A stretch of 56,695 nt of DNA, from assembly GCA_051941275.1 (NCBI GenBank), contig JAVEBF010000012.1:1-56695 (forward strand), written 5' to 3'. Source of the DNA: Dirinaria sp. TL-2023a (Eukaryota). A program made the position numbers and the translations under genes. Below, piece after piece: positions 1-13,266 of this stretch. The notes beneath the pieces are model-generated. The model was not told the origin of the DNA. It worked only from the letters and a program-made list of their open reading frames with translations, and did no database searches. Each line of letters starts with the position of its first letter. Position 1 is the stretch's first letter.

Positions 1-396
1 GTATTAAGGTAGGTAGGTTATTATTATTAGGGTTATGGGTATATATAGGGTTGTAGGCCAACAGGGGTGTAGCGTCACTAGCGTCGCGCTAGCCAGGAAT
101 TATGGCGTCGACCTCCGTACTGTACCTAAGGTATTTTCCAACAAGAGCCAAGGCGGTAGTCACTACTTGGTGTTGTGCTATGGTGACTTCCTTGTGAAGA
201 CGTTCCATGGTAATCATTCAGTCATGCCCTGACGATGTGCCTTAAAAGTCTGTTTCATTAGGAGCGATGACGTCGCAATCGTCTACTCATCTCTCAAATG
301 AGGGATCTATACCGGAATACTTCGCTATGCCGCATTTCCAACAGCCGCAGTCCCAACTTGTAATCCAAAGACTTCTACTTGCTCCCCACTCCTGTC

Positions 397-2198
397 ATGG
401 AAATCAAAAAGGTAAAAGCCCCTCCAAGGCAATTAGCATCGCTCAGTCCTTTCTGTGGCTGATGTCTGGCTCGCTTAGCTTGCCGTGATTGGTTGTGGAA
501 GCATGGGCGGGGGCATGGCGCTGCTCTTCGCGGAAAAAGGGATCACAGTTCTTTTAAAAGACTCATCCGAGGAGAGCCTCAATCAAGTACTCGAAACGGC
601 AAGTAAAGAAGGACTTCAGAACAAGTTGGAAAAGCACCAAGCATATGAAAGCCTTTGCAAGAAACTCAGTGCCCCCAGAATATTCATATTCTCGTTACCC
701 CACGGCATGATAGCGTTGTGGATGGATTGCATCCCTACCTCGAGAAAGGCGACATCATTATCGATGCTAGCAATGAGCATTGGGAAAACACCCAGAGACG
801 TCAGGGGAAGCTCGTTACAATGGGAGTGTTCTACATAGGTAAGATTTCGATTTCTGTGCTTCCGCCTTTTCATATCGTCTATGCTTTGAGTAAAGGGTTC
901 ACAATTCATGTAGGCATGGGTGTCTCGGGAGGATATCAGGCTGCACGAAGAGGACCATCAATGTGTCCCGGCGGCGAAGAGGCTGCGCTGAGCCTCGTGT
1001 TGCCGCTTTTGGAGCAAGTAGCTGCAAAGGATGCCAAAGGAAAGGCCTGTGTAGGTAGAGCTGGGATGGGCGGTTCAGGCCATTACGTGAAAATGATCCA
1101 TAACGGTATCGAGCACGGTCAGTCTGACAGCCGGCCCTATAATCGATGTTATTATCCGTTATTTGGCTGACAGTAATCTGGGTAGGTATGATGAGTGCTT
1201 TAGCAGAAGCCTGGCAAACCATGAATCTCTGCCTTGGGATGGGTTATGACGAGATTGGTGACGAGCTTGCTCGATGGAACGACTCGCGCGAAATGGTGCG
1301 TATTGACTTAGCAAAGTGCAACGAATGTTGAATTAACCATCGAATGCTATCAGAAAAACACTTTTCTCGTCGAGATCGGTTCCCAAATATGTAAGCAGAG
1401 GGACTCTAGCGGCAAGCACGTGCTGGCGTATGTAGAAGACAAAGTGGTCCAGGATATCGATGGTTCTGAGGGAACTGGCATATGGTCGCAGAGTGAAGCT
1501 GTCAGACTCCATGTACCTGCACCTACTCTCACAACGGCTCGTATGTTGTGCGATAATGAAGTTCCACGAGTTGCCATCCAAGCGAAGACTAAAATACGAC
1601 AGACTATATTCGCATTGCTTCTGCCTTCCGACGTGACCGCAGAAAAATCAATGAGACTTTCAACGGTCACTTCTCCGTTGCTAAGTGGGCAGGTTCTGCC
1701 GAAGAGAAGAAAGTCTTTCTTGAAGACCTTCGCAAAGCTGTCTATGTGGCTTTCCTTTCGTCTTTCATCCAAGGGATTAATATCATCGAGCAAGCGAACC
1801 AGGAAAACCGATGGATGGTCAACTACCCAGACGTCATTCAGATATGGCGCAATGGATGTATGATTCGCACGGATCACATTGTTGACATGCTGGAGAAAAT
1901 TTTCGCCCGAGGAGATATTGATCGAGACCTGCTACGTCACCATGCGATCACTCAGGAACTTACCGACAATTACCAATCTTTGAAGAGAATCGTCGCCAAA
2001 GGCGTGGAATCGAACTCGGTCATACCAAGCATCAGTGCTACATTGGAATATCTGAAATTTTCAAACAACACGATCCTTCCAACGCAATTCTACGAAGCCC
2101 AGCTTGATTACTTCGGAAAGCATATGTTCGACCTCAAGTCTGAGCCTGCTGGAGAGCCTAAAACCGGGGAGCATCATTTCGAGTGGAAGCCGGCGTAA
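397..2198 (+). pseudogene. 6-phosphogluconate dehydrogenase (second fungal paralog), multi-exon, with an apparent frameshift at ~706-709; pseudogene or sequence error
   Basis: Spliced N-terminus MEIKK|LAVIGCGSMGGGMALLFAEKG (Rossmann GxGxxG). Motifs IIIDASNEHW, GMGVSGG..AARRGPSMCPGG, GSGHYVKMIHNGIEHG, GSEGTGIW, IWRNGCMIR, QLDYFGKHMF. Frame changes between LPHG and DSVVDGL with no intron. Confidence 0.8.
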
Positions 2199-3097
2199 AG
2201 GGTATGCGAATCCGTATGACATGGAAGACGGACCAGAAGACCGTCGGAGGGAAGAAAAGGTTGGCTTTCTATAGGAGATATATGACAAACCGGTCTAGGA
2301 ACTACTGGAGAAAGGTTGAGCCAACCTTTCAGGTTGTAGACGATTTAAGCTTACGAAGCGAGAATCATGGTGGTAGAATTGCGTGCTCATAAGTTGCATT
2401 GATTGCTGCATAGGTGGATGTTCTGCTGCTGGTCGCATGTCGAGACTTTCCAAGAGCGAACTCTGGACTTATGGACTCCACGAAGAGATAAAGTGAATCG
2501 TGACTTTTGGATGTCTCAATTGAACCAGTTCAAATCGTGTACAGTCGTAATCAAATTGATACTTATTTTGGTCAGAATTTTCAATCATCATACTCTGCTC
2601 GTCGAGTTGCCGCACATGCTGCGTGGCTTTGTCGTCCGAGACCACAGCCACGGCGACGTTTACAATTCGCCAGTACCGTTGTAGCCAATCTTGCTCCAGT
2701 GTTCCGTTGCGTATATGCATATTTACTTTTGCTGCGGTAATGTATAACCGTGCATGCACATGTACTCGCGGACGCCACTCTTGAATACGCCACTTCAATA
2801 TCTCGCAAGCCAATTCGGGCCGATGTAAGACATCTCAAGGCCTGAAGATTGACTCGGCATCCCTTTTGGGCAAATGTAAGAAAAGAGCAGAGGCAAGAGA
2901 ACAATTTCAGAGCAAACACGCAGATGGCTGGTCCTGGTAAATAATGTGTAATGCAGAGCGTTGTTCGTGGCCTTTGGACGTACACGCTTTACTCGTCCTA
3001 TCAGCACGAGATCGTTCCCCACACAAACTCATCTGATCCTATTTCTGTTATGTACCAAGTACTGCTCCCGAGATACAGATTCGCGGCCATCAACCTG

Positions 3098-4540
3098 CTA
3101 CTCCGTCTGCCCGAGCCAGCGCTTAGGCACCCCGTCTTCCCGCTCCTCTTCCTCGCTCTTTCCCACCTGTCGCGCAGGCAGCCACATCTTGGCCCTGCCA
3201 GGAGTCGCATCGTTCATTCTCCCACTGCGACGCATATTCATTTCCAGCACAATCACTCGCAAAAAATCACTGTTTTCTCTGATCTCCCTAGGGCGTGGAG
3301 AAGGGGTGCTGTATGGTTCGTCTGCTGCAACCGTGACGGCTTCATTGGCATTAGAAGCAGAAGCAAATATCGGAGGCGCCGAAGCTTTCGAGGAAGGTTG
3401 GGGGACGCGCTCGTAGGTTTGAAGCTGAATAGAAGCGGTACATCTGCTCCGAGCTTGGTAAGGCCGGGGAGACTCATGATGTAAATGCAGTTCGGGTGAA
3501 ACGACATTGCTGGGATTCAGGTACCGCCTTAGAGCCGGATCAGGGAGTTTGAGTGAAGGCAAGGGCCGCCGCTCGTCTGTGAAGGGTGGCGTCATGGGCA
3601 GCATTGATCTTGTGAGGTATTCCTCACGGGAGACCAAACCTGAGAAAGATCGTGCGGCCGAGCGAAGCACTCCCAGCGAAGCCGTGAGGTTGGACTTGAA
3701 ACTTGACATGGCCTTGACAGGCGGCGGGGAAGGCATGCATAGTCTTGAAGCATCAGTTTCAGATGCGTCTCTATCTAAGGCTTCAGTGGGCGAACGGGGC
3801 AAGAGAGGGTGGTCAAGGAGACAGTCTTCGGTTATAGAAGATGATAGCTCTTTCTGCTTCCTCGGCGTTCCGCGTCGTGAGCGAGAAACCGTTCCCGGGG
3901 TCGAGAAACCACTAGTTGAGGGCGATGAACCGTAGTCAGTATAAAGCGATGGTACCGAGTCGTTCGAAATCGAACGGACAAAAGACGCAGCATCATAGGT
4001 GGTGTCGCTGACAACGCTGTTGTTCTCCAATCCTAGATCACTTGATGGGCTCATGAGCATGCTCCACGATCGGAAGCTGGACGCAGGCGGTGTGTTTTCA
4101 CAGTCATCAGTATCTGTTATTTCCCCTAGTCGACTGCGTGATCCGCTCTTTGATCTGCCGTTCCGTGTCAAATCTGGCTTGTATTGTGGGGTTGGTAAAG
4201 AAATCAACGCAAGCCATGCTGCCATCGAGGACGGAATTGCTTCGGGATCATGCGCAACTTGTTCGTCTTCTGTCTTCTCAAGTGTCTTCGGCGTCATAAC
4301 TTTGGTTCTGCGCTCTCTACCGCTTCGAGTGCGAGTAGGAATTATCATCGGTTGAGAAGCGCTGGCTGGGGGTGCGGAAGACATCCACGCCGGTTTACCT
4401 CCACATGAAGCCTTTCGCTCCTTGCTAGCCTTCTTACTCGTATCTTGTCGCATTCCAAGGGGGCTATCCGCCCTCTTATTTTTTCCCACGGTCGGTGCCG
4501 AGATCTTCGATTGATGCAAATAGGATCGGGGTACCATCAT
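3098..4540 (-). CDS. Hypothetical Ser/Pro-rich protein (480 aa) with an ordered-looking C-terminal block
   Basis: Uninterrupted 480-codon ORF. C-terminal RPREIRENSDFLRVIVLEMNMRRSGRM..GRAKMWLPARQ resembles a conserved ascomycete protein of unknown function (from recall). Confidence 0.75.
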   Translation of the reverse strand: MMVPRSYLHQSKISAPTVGKNKRADSPLGMRQDTSKKASKERKASCGGKPAWMSSAPPASASQPMIIPTRTRSGRERRTKVMTPKTLEKTEDEQVAHDPEAIPSSMAAWLALISLPTPQYKPDLTRNGRSKSGSRSRLGEITDTDDCENTPPASSFRSWSMLMSPSSDLGLENNSVVSDTTYDAASFVRSISNDSVPSLYTDYGSSPSTSGFSTPGTVSRSRRGTPRKQKELSSSITEDCLLDHPLLPRSPTEALDRDASETDASRLCMPSPPPVKAMSSFKSNLTASLGVLRSAARSFSGLVSREEYLTRSMLPMTPPFTDERRPLPSLKLPDPALRRYLNPSNVVSPELHLHHESPRPYQARSRCTASIQLQTYERVPQPSSKASAPPIFASASNANEAVTVAADEPYSTPSPRPREIRENSDFLRVIVLEMNMRRSGRMNDATPGRAKMWLPARQVGKSEEEEREDGVPKRWLGQTE

Positions 4541-6504
4541 ATTGGCAAATGGGTGCGAAGGACAGCGGTGCCTGACCTGAGAATAGCATCACACGAGCAG
4601 CCCTATCGTTGTCTGGCGATATACGACGCGAAGATACTTTGATGGACAGCGTGTGATGGCTTGCTTTCGCGTAGTATTAGTCAAAGGGGGCGGATGAGTG
4701 AGTGAAGGAACGGTGAACAAGTAAGGCGAGGGGTGGTGAAAGAAAATCTGTTGAGGCGGTGATGCTAAGGCAAAGCATGCTGGGCATTGGATGATGCTAG
4801 TGAAGCCTTGAGTGGGTGATAAATAATAATGGCGCAGCTGAGTGAGAGTGCGCGATAAGGAATCAAAAGGAGAAAGGAGGCCTGAGCTCGCTGCTTACAC
4901 GTACGTACTGCTGATAGGAACGGCCGTTACGGAAAGCGTGGCTGATAAGGAAAAGGCGAAACATAATAGGCACTACTACGGGCAAGCTGGCACACGATCA
5001 AATCATCTACCTTTGGTGATGATAATCCTAAAGTACTCAGCGAATCATAAGCCATTTGCTTGTGTCATCCCGCCAATCATGCTGCAGCCCAGGCCCGGGC
5101 AAGAAAGCCCCGAGGAACCAACCGGAGCTTGCTCCGGAATGCGCGATGCGAAAAGTCGAGATCTCCGAGTGCCATCATTGTTGTGTACCTTTCCTAACAA
5201 GGTACCGTATGTAAGGTACAAATCATTATCACTGGCACAAACAATTATTGAGTTGGTGTCCGCCTTGGAGCCTGCTCTCGTCGAATATGCCTAATGAAAG
5301 AGGTGTGAGTGCTTCGAGCACAGCTCAATATCTAATCTGCTTTGCCCAAGTACATCCGACCATACCTAATCCATTGATGTAAGGTGCCGTGGGTACCTTG
5401 ACGTCCTCACCGAATGTGATGACAGATTTCAATCGCATAATAATGCACCGCATGTACTGCATTTTGAAGATCAGAATTTTCTTGTGTGCCTGGCTAACGA
5501 CACGAAAGAAGGCGGCGCAGTTCAGTACCTCTAAAGGCGGGAGGGGTACCATACTAGGTAAATCAAGCACCGTTCCCGGACCTGTGTTTTGAAATTGAAT
5601 GGAAGTTTAGGTATCGAAACAACTTTACTTTTCCTTGTGTTCGGAGGGTTCTTCATTTCGAACGTAGAAGGATAAAAGAGACGTGAGGAGGTGTTTTCAT
5701 CCACCAGAGTCGAATCCTGAACTTTACAGATTACACTTTGCTTGACTCAGTACCATATCTTTATACCATACCTTTTCTCGGGACACCTTATCTCTATTAA
5801 TGAGGTTCATGTAAGGTACCGACCGACTCGTACCTTGTGAGGCGCTCATGTACCTAAGTCGGACGTTGGATAGCCTTAAGCGCTCAGATAATGTGGCATA
5901 CCTTCCAGACTTGCCTACATACCCCAGGCACTAGGCATGGTCAGGTGTGAAGAAGGAGAATCAAAATCGCATGCTAGTGTAATCTCAACAAGAGCATTCA
6001 GAGACCTCAAAGATGTATCGGAGTCTCCCGGTATTAGGGTAGTAAGGTAGCTTGGAATTTCGAGGAAGCTTCCTCCTGTTACTGATTTGAATTCCCTAGT
6101 TGGTAATTAATAAAGATTGTTTCACCAGAACAATAACATTGGCATTGGCTGCTATGCTTGGCGCCCCTCAATGTAAGAAATTGTTGATCATCTGGCGGGT
6201 CAAGTAGCTGATGGAGCTCTTATTTTTTAATGGAAATAATAGAAAGGTATGCAGAGTGTCCTGAATGAGCAGGTAACTTTTTGGGTAACTGATTTTTGCA
6301 TAAAATGGTGTTGGTAAAAGCATTAAGAGAGTTCTGACCTTGGGGACATACTGAACTTAAACTGTTCAGCTGAGCTCATCTTTGGTTGAGCTTATCATAA
6401 GCAATCACGCAGTCAAGGGCGTCTCGGAGTTTTATGCCGCAAAATACTGGTAGAGCCATGCGCTTGGCAAGACATATCTTGTTGCGTGGAGAGCCGCAGC
6501 TCGG

Positions 6505-9500
6505 TCAAGGTGGTGCAAAGCCTGCCACGACGGCTTTCAGTAAAACCTCGCGATAAGAAAAGAAGGCGAACTTACGTTCCTCGTCCAGCAATGTCTTTTC
6601 TTGCCAGCTCTGTTCGATCCAGTCCATCGTCACCAAGCGCGGCAAGAATTGGCGGCTATCATTTGTTTAGTAGAGGGCAAAGTCCTTTGAGCCATAAGTA
6701 CGGCAATTACCTCGATACTGCTCTCCTAAGAGCGTTCATGCGGTCGCGGCCATCATCGCCAACTAACACATGCGTAAGCCTCAGATCTTCAAATTTATTT
6801 GTGAAGCGTGCTCCGGCGAATCTGGCTAGAGTACAAGCCTGCTCCATTCTCAACTTGGATGATGTGAATTCATTGCGCTGACTGGTGAGATCTGAGTCTC
6901 CGTCCTGACCATAACGACCTTCAGTGTCAGCAAATATAAGCACGTTCTCAAAGATAGAGCCGCGGAGTTCTTCAAGTCTAAGTAGCTGATCATTGACTTG
7001 CTTTTGGAATTGCTGCGCGTCAAACGAAGGCTCAGTTTTCGGCATGTTCTCCAGGATATGCCTTAAATCTTCAAAAGTAACATCTTGTGTGTAGCTGTCG
7101 CCGTACTCGTCAGTGTTGCTCCGGATCAGCTCTTTAGACTCTTCAGCTGTGAAAAACATGTGCTTTGGCTCTAACGGCAAAAGCATTCTCGGGCGATTTC
7201 CATCAGCTTCAGTCTGTGCAATACAATCTAGTATCCATGATTGACGAATAATGTTAGTTTTACCTCTCTTTATCAGCGACGCAACCGACACAGTTCCTTT
7301 TCGTCAATTAGTGAATAAAGCGTAGTTGGTGCAATATCATACTCACTTTTGTCACCAACGCAAAGAGTGTCTGAAACAGCATCAGGCCTCTGGCATATCG
7401 TGCCTCCGTTAGCCTTGATCAGGTATTCCAGATCTGCTTTTTTCTTCGTCGGTTTTACGGCATCAGTCATAACAACTTCCCGAGATTCAGTGTGTTGATC
7501 ATCAATCTCAGAGGGTCTCCAACCTACAGATATTCAACCCGGCAAACAGTTCAGTCGCTAGGCCATCATAGGGTCTCTCCACCTCCTCGTCGTTTCCGGC
7601 TACGGTCATGGGCTTTTTGCGAGATATTCTCTGTTTTCGCTTCCTACTGTCGTCGACTTTGAACTTCTTCTCCCTTTGTTCCTTCTCTACATTGCTCTTC
7701 AAAGCGTTGAATCCCGACAGCGACAAAGCTGACTGCCAGTCGCGATCGTGACGAAGTTTCTTGAATCGGGGAAACCGTAGTGTATAGCCCGTCCTGAATT
7801 GATCTGTAGCGGATACTTGAGCTGCTTTGACCGCGAATACGACCGACTGATCTGGCCGAATCCACACGTCTGGTCGTTCAAACTGCAACGCGCCACCTCC
7901 TAGCTCAATGAAATCGGTTGGTGGCCGCTTAGGATCCCACTTGTGCCATTTGTCTTCCGTGCAATGCCTTACCTGTGCATAATCGGCAGCGGTGAACCCA
8001 CCGCCAACCTTGAAGAAGGAGTAACACTTCATCGGGTTCGCACCTTGGCGTATCTGGTTCTCATCAACTCGGAGCCCGCACAGAAAACTCGATAGGTTAC
8101 CGCCGCGTCGACCTGAGCCATAATATCCACCTATGACAACGCAGTCCAGGTCTTCTCCGAAGCCATCCATGTATTCAGGCTTAACCTTCATCCAATCGTC
8201 ATTGCGTTCATTAAGCCGATATGCTGACCTTGGGTTCTTCAAGACCAGTCCCTCCGCCCTTTCGGCGATGACCTTGTGCAACATTGGCTCAATCTCTGCC
8301 ACTTTATGGGCTACAGTGTGTGTGTGGATCTCCATCCTACGCTCAACGTTCTTGACCATGCTCTCAAGGGCTTTCCGTCGATCTCGGAGAACGTAACTAG
8401 TGAGTGCCCTTCCATTTGCGTAGAGGATGTCGAACACTTTATACAAAGGTCTTGGACCGGTGGAGAAGGGATTTTGTTGCTGAGCTAGAGCAGCAGTTTT
8501 TAATGTTCCAAATTCAAGCATCACATCCAGCTCAGAGTCCCAAGTGATCATCTCGCCATCAAGGATGATATTGTCAACCCGCTCGTCGAACGCGTGCTTC
8601 AGATGCCTTGTAAGGGCAGATTTCGCGTCCATCAACCCATTGCCGTATAGGTAAGTATAGTCCTTTGCTTTGCGCGACCAGAAAGCAAATCGCTTGCCAC
8701 CTTCCACACTATTATCACTCATCATGTGCAATTGCATGCGTTCGCCGTCAAGTTTTTCTTCGATCCAGAACTCGTCATCATCCTCTGTAGGTCTCATCTT
8801 ATCAACAATCTTCTGCATGGATTGGATCTGGAATTGAGCAAGTTGCGGCTGGAAACATTGCATAAGAGTAACCCCTCGATCATCGCCCTCTAGCCGAATC
8901 GCAGGGTCGTAAAGCTCCCAGCAGACCCGCCGTAGATTGGACGAGATACTGAACAATTGCTCTGCATCAGGATGCCATAAGGCGAAGAAGGTTCTTTCCG
9001 TGGCACCTACCTTCATTTGCCGCAAAATGATGCGAATGAGCCACATGAGCTCATCCGGGCTCATTTTACGGTAAAACTCTGCGAATATTATTGCTTGCTG
9101 GTCCTCTTTCTGCGCAGCAGACAGTCGATCCAAACGGTCATTTACCTCTGCAATCGACATATTACCGACCTCTGTACGTAGTGGTCTTTTCGAAATCACC
9201 TCATAGCAGCGGCCCGCAAAATCGCCAGCCATACGGCTTGCCGTAGTCTGCCCTGGCTGCTTCCAATTTAGGAGATTGAGACCGTCTTCAGAGTCTTTGT
9301 TGATTTGCATGACTCTAATTAGTAACTTTCCGATTGTCTTTTCTTTGAGGCCGTACATCGCACGGTCTCTATCCTTCTCCGGAACGATGAGCCGAAACGC
9401 AGGATGAATGTCATTACCAACTTCCTCTCGCCATCTTGAGATGAAGCGCTCAACGATGTGGCGGCGGACTTCTTGCGGAGCGGGATTGGATGGCCCATGA

Positions 9501-9776
9501 GGACCTCTTTTTTTCCGCGCTATTGATGGTCCGGTTGGTCTTTTTTGATTCTCATTGAGAGGGTTGAAAAGAGTCAAGAAAAGGTCGTGAAAGGGAAGCG
9601 TTTTTGAGTGATTTCGAGGTCGGTTGGGGTACCTGTGATACCCTTCAACGGCCTTATCTCAGTAATGTCGATCATCAATTCGCATACTTTTCGTTTAATT
9701 CTTGTTCTGATGTGCCCAGACCAGCATCCATAGCATTAGAATCTGCCATCTCGACATCCTCTCTACCACTAGCCAT
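6505..9776 (-). CDS. LIG4: DNA ligase IV (NHEJ), multi-exon
   Basis: Adenylation motif EEKLDGER, ILDGEM, EGLVLK, WMKVKPEY, LRFPRF. Two C-terminal BRCT repeats (LIKANGG...WILDC; LTHVLV...WIEQSW). Last exon spliced as EER|FAPP*. Confidence 0.95.
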
Positions 9777-10109
9777 TTCCTGTTGGCCAAAGGCAAAGCG
9801 GCAAAGGATCTCATTAGCATGCCCAAAGACAATCCTATTTAAGATGGTAGTTGTTGCCGCATACTCATCAGCGCATTACGTTACAGCTTTTGCATTGACA
9901 ATACTTGTATCTTGTCACATACAGTGCCCTTGGTACCTTAGGTACCTCCCTTCAGTACATCAAGGTACTGAGTCTTTGATGATGGGGATATATAAGGTTA
10001 CTTACTGTAGTGGAAGCATGGCTTGGCGTCTGTGCTGAACCCTCCGGCAACGTAGGTACTGTACGGTACCGTACCTTAATGATTCAATACCTTACAATCG
10101 CGTTTTCAT

Positions 10110-10190
10110 TTTACCTTACCTTACCTTACCTAGCTCTTATTACCCCAATACTTGGGTAACGACGGGAGGGTACTTTACCTTACCTTACCC
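10110..10190. repeat. (TACCT)n arrays in the LIG4/amidase divergent intergenic region
   Basis: TTACCTTACCTTACCTTACCT at 10111-10131 and TTTACCTTACCTTACC at ~10174-10189. Confidence 0.8.
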
Positions 10191-11006
10191 GGGTCTTTGT
10201 GAAGCCACGACCTGCAACATTTACTTTAGTGATGCTATCTTATCGCTCAATCTGTCATCCATGGATCAGATGGAAATCTCAACAATACTTCGGCTGAGCG
10301 ATCTGGGAAGTCGCCCCTCTGCTGAGAAGCGATTATCTGATTGCCAGTGATCTGGCAGCTGATGAGCCGATGAATACTCGACTCGAACTTGGCGCCGTCC
10401 TTGTATGCTCGCCCACTCAACACTGCCTAATTCCGTCCCTCTTTGGCTCCTATCTTTTTCCATGGGAGTCTGCTTTTGTTGTCAGGTGTCGTCCTTGCTT
10501 CGTGGTTTTCTATCTTATCACCTCTGCTCCTGCACCGTGATGTCGAGATACAGTGCGATGCGCTTGTTGCTGCTTATCATCGCTTTGCTAGGGATGAAAG
10601 AGCACTCTCTTTAGCTCAACTGGCTTTTTCACATGACATTCTATCAGTGCCAAGCAAGTCAGCATGTTTCGGTGAATGAGTGAGATTAATGTTAGATAGT
10701 ATTATTGCCGCAATCTGCTCTTATCGCAGTCGGGGCGCTCTTTCCCGGCTATGCCAGTCCCAACATGCCTCCGCTTCTATCCGTCGCTCAGTGTTCGAAA
10801 ACAATGATCTGTCGTCTATTCATCTTCTCCCCCTCAAATCAGCAATCTTTGTGCTCTATTGCACCTCCCTGTTTGCCCTGCTGCATTCTTTTTTGAAAGC
10901 CTTCAGCCCAGGTCTACCCAGAGTTTTCAGCCTAATTATTCCTTAGTTGCCGACTACTCTTCATACTCTTGCAGCCGAAAATCTTTCTGCCAGCGTTGCA
11001 GTCTTC

Positions 11007-13266
11007 ATGCACCTGGCGATCAGCCTCTATGTGGGGCTGCTGTACGTTTTGCCTTGTGCGATTACTGAATCACAACCCCAGCGGGAGATACTAACATATC
11101 AATATTCTGGAAAGAACGCCCAGCAAGTATTTCCACAAGTAGACGAGATCACCATTGATGATCTTCAGCAATTATATAGCGAAGGGTCATTGAACAGCTA
11201 CAATCTTGTACAGGTGAGTCATCACACTCCGTGTAGTCCAAGCCTATAACAAGCGATCATAGGCATATCTCGAGCGCATCCGAGATGTCAACTCGATGCT
11301 GCATGCTGTCGGCGAGATCAACCCGGATGCTCTGGCTATCGCTAGCAGCCTGGATGCGGAGCGCGCTGCTGGCAGCGTGCGAGGGTAATATGCTCCAAAA
11401 GTCGAGCTGGTGCACACTACTGATGTCTGTCCCCACAGACCCCTGCATGGAGTGCCGATATTGGTCAAGGTATTCGATGGCTTCAATATGTGACTCTCGA
11501 ATTGAGACTGAAAGATGATAGGATAACATCGCAACCCAGGATAAGATGAACAACACCTGTAAGTTCGCTGATGTCTGGCAATTATCCCGTATCCTGGCTT
11601 GTATGGGCGGCTTGCAAGTGAGTTGGTTAGCCGGTGTTGTCGTGACTCCTTACGGTTCACGAATGGACGATGCGACTTTGGACTGCTCACTGATGGCTCA
11701 AAATTCAACGATTGGCCATGTCAGTCTTAGCAGCCGAGCCCATAGGGCAGTTGCTCCCCCAGTCTATACTCAGCCAGGATACGGGACGAGCCTGAACTGC
11801 TCACCCTCCATTTCTTGAACTGGCTAATATGTGTAGCTGGCTCATATGCACTTCTGGGCGCTACGGTATCCCGCGAAGCAACAGTCGTTAGCAAGCTACG
11901 TGATGCCGGAGCAATCATACTAGGTAAAGCGACCATGGGGGAGTGGGCGCAATGCAGGTCACGCAAAGCTAGTTCGTCTCACGGATGGAGCGCGTATGGC
12001 GGGCAGGTCTATGGAGCCTATTACCCACAGCAAGACCCAAGCGGCAGTTCCAGTGGAAGTGCAGTAGCAGTATCTGTAGGCCTCGCGCTTGGGTCTTTGG
12101 CCACCGAGACTAGTGGAAGCATTGTTCTTCCTGCTGAGCGAAATAACGTGGTAGGCATCAAACCGACTCTTGGTCTAACATCAAGGAGTATGGTCATTCC
12201 CATTAGCCTTCGACAAGATACTGTAGGGCCAATGGCAAAGACTGTTAAAGAGGCAGCCTACTTGCTTAGCGCTATAGCAGGAATGGATAGTCATGATAAT
12301 TGGACTTTCGTTCAACCGCATGCAAGAACACCGAATTTCGCCAAAGCCTGCAGATTTTCTGGGCTCAAAGGTGCACGAATAGGTGTACCGCGCAACGGTA
12401 TCGATCATTATATTGATGACTCGACGGCTCCTATGATGGCCGCTTTTGAAGATGCGCTTCAGCTTATTGGTAACGCAGGAGCATGGGTTGTGGAAAATAC
12501 TGATTTTGCTGCGTTTGATCCGCCAGCGTTTGCTCGTAATAGCAGTATCGTTCTTGACACCGACTTCATCTCTGGGCTTGCAGGTTATTTATCACAATTG
12601 AGTTACAACCCCAATGACATCCACAGCCTTCACGACGTTGCTCGATACACGAAGGCCCACCCCAGCGAGGAGTATCCCGATCGTGATACTTATGTTTGGG
12701 ACCGCCAATTAACGCGCAATATTAGCAGCGACTCTGCGGAATCTTGGGAAGCGTACCAAGCCAATCTAATGATGGCAGAAGAGCAGGGTGTAATTGGCTC
12801 ACTCGATCGGTACAATTTGGATGCCCTCGTGATGCCAACGTTCGCTTCCTTCCACCTTCCAGCAATTGCAGGATTGCCAGTCATTACCGTACCCTTGGGC
12901 TTTACCCCTCCAGGAACCATGGCTACTATGAATTTGAAGCGGACGATGGTCTCGATGGGGCCGGGGATACCATTTGGCCTGGCGTTTGTGGGTCGTCGAT
13001 GGAGCGAGGAGACCTTGATTGCACTGGCATATGCTTTTGAGCAGCGAACCATGACTCGAAAACAAATGAAACCACTCATAGCCCCTTCTTTCGAGCTTGG
13101 CCACCATCTACGACCGACCGTATCGAAGCCGAGTCCCGATATTATGCGGCATGTGTCTCTACTGGAAACAGTGGTGCAACCGGCTACTCAACCAACCCTG
13201 ACCAGATACTCTACGATGCAAAGGTGGGCTCGAGCATGGCTAGCCCTTGTGGATTATACCGCATAA
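11007..13266 (+). CDS. Amidase-signature family protein, probably secreted, multi-exon
   Basis: Hydrophobic N-terminus MHLAISLYVGLLYVLPCA. PLHGVPILVK|DNI, GAIILGKATMGEW, DPSGSSSGSAVAV, ATETSGSIVLPA, GIKPTLG, QDTVGPM. Confidence 0.9.

Noticed and set aside
1..100. TA-rich window start as the end of a RIP-mutated transposon
   Set aside because: Truncated by the window edge; too short to assess.
2403..2985. Overlapping short ORFs between 6PGD and the hypothetical gene
   Set aside because: No recognisable domain or convincing splice structure; cannot be supported.
4842..5592. ORFs of 150, 81 and 67 aa in the long intergenic region
   Set aside because: No recognisable motifs, mostly non-ATG starts, and embedded in AAGGTA-rich promoter-like DNA.
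10100..10190. U1 snRNA gene (TACTTACCT-like 5' end)
   Set aside because: Only pentamer repeats are present; no U1 stem-loops or Sm site follow.
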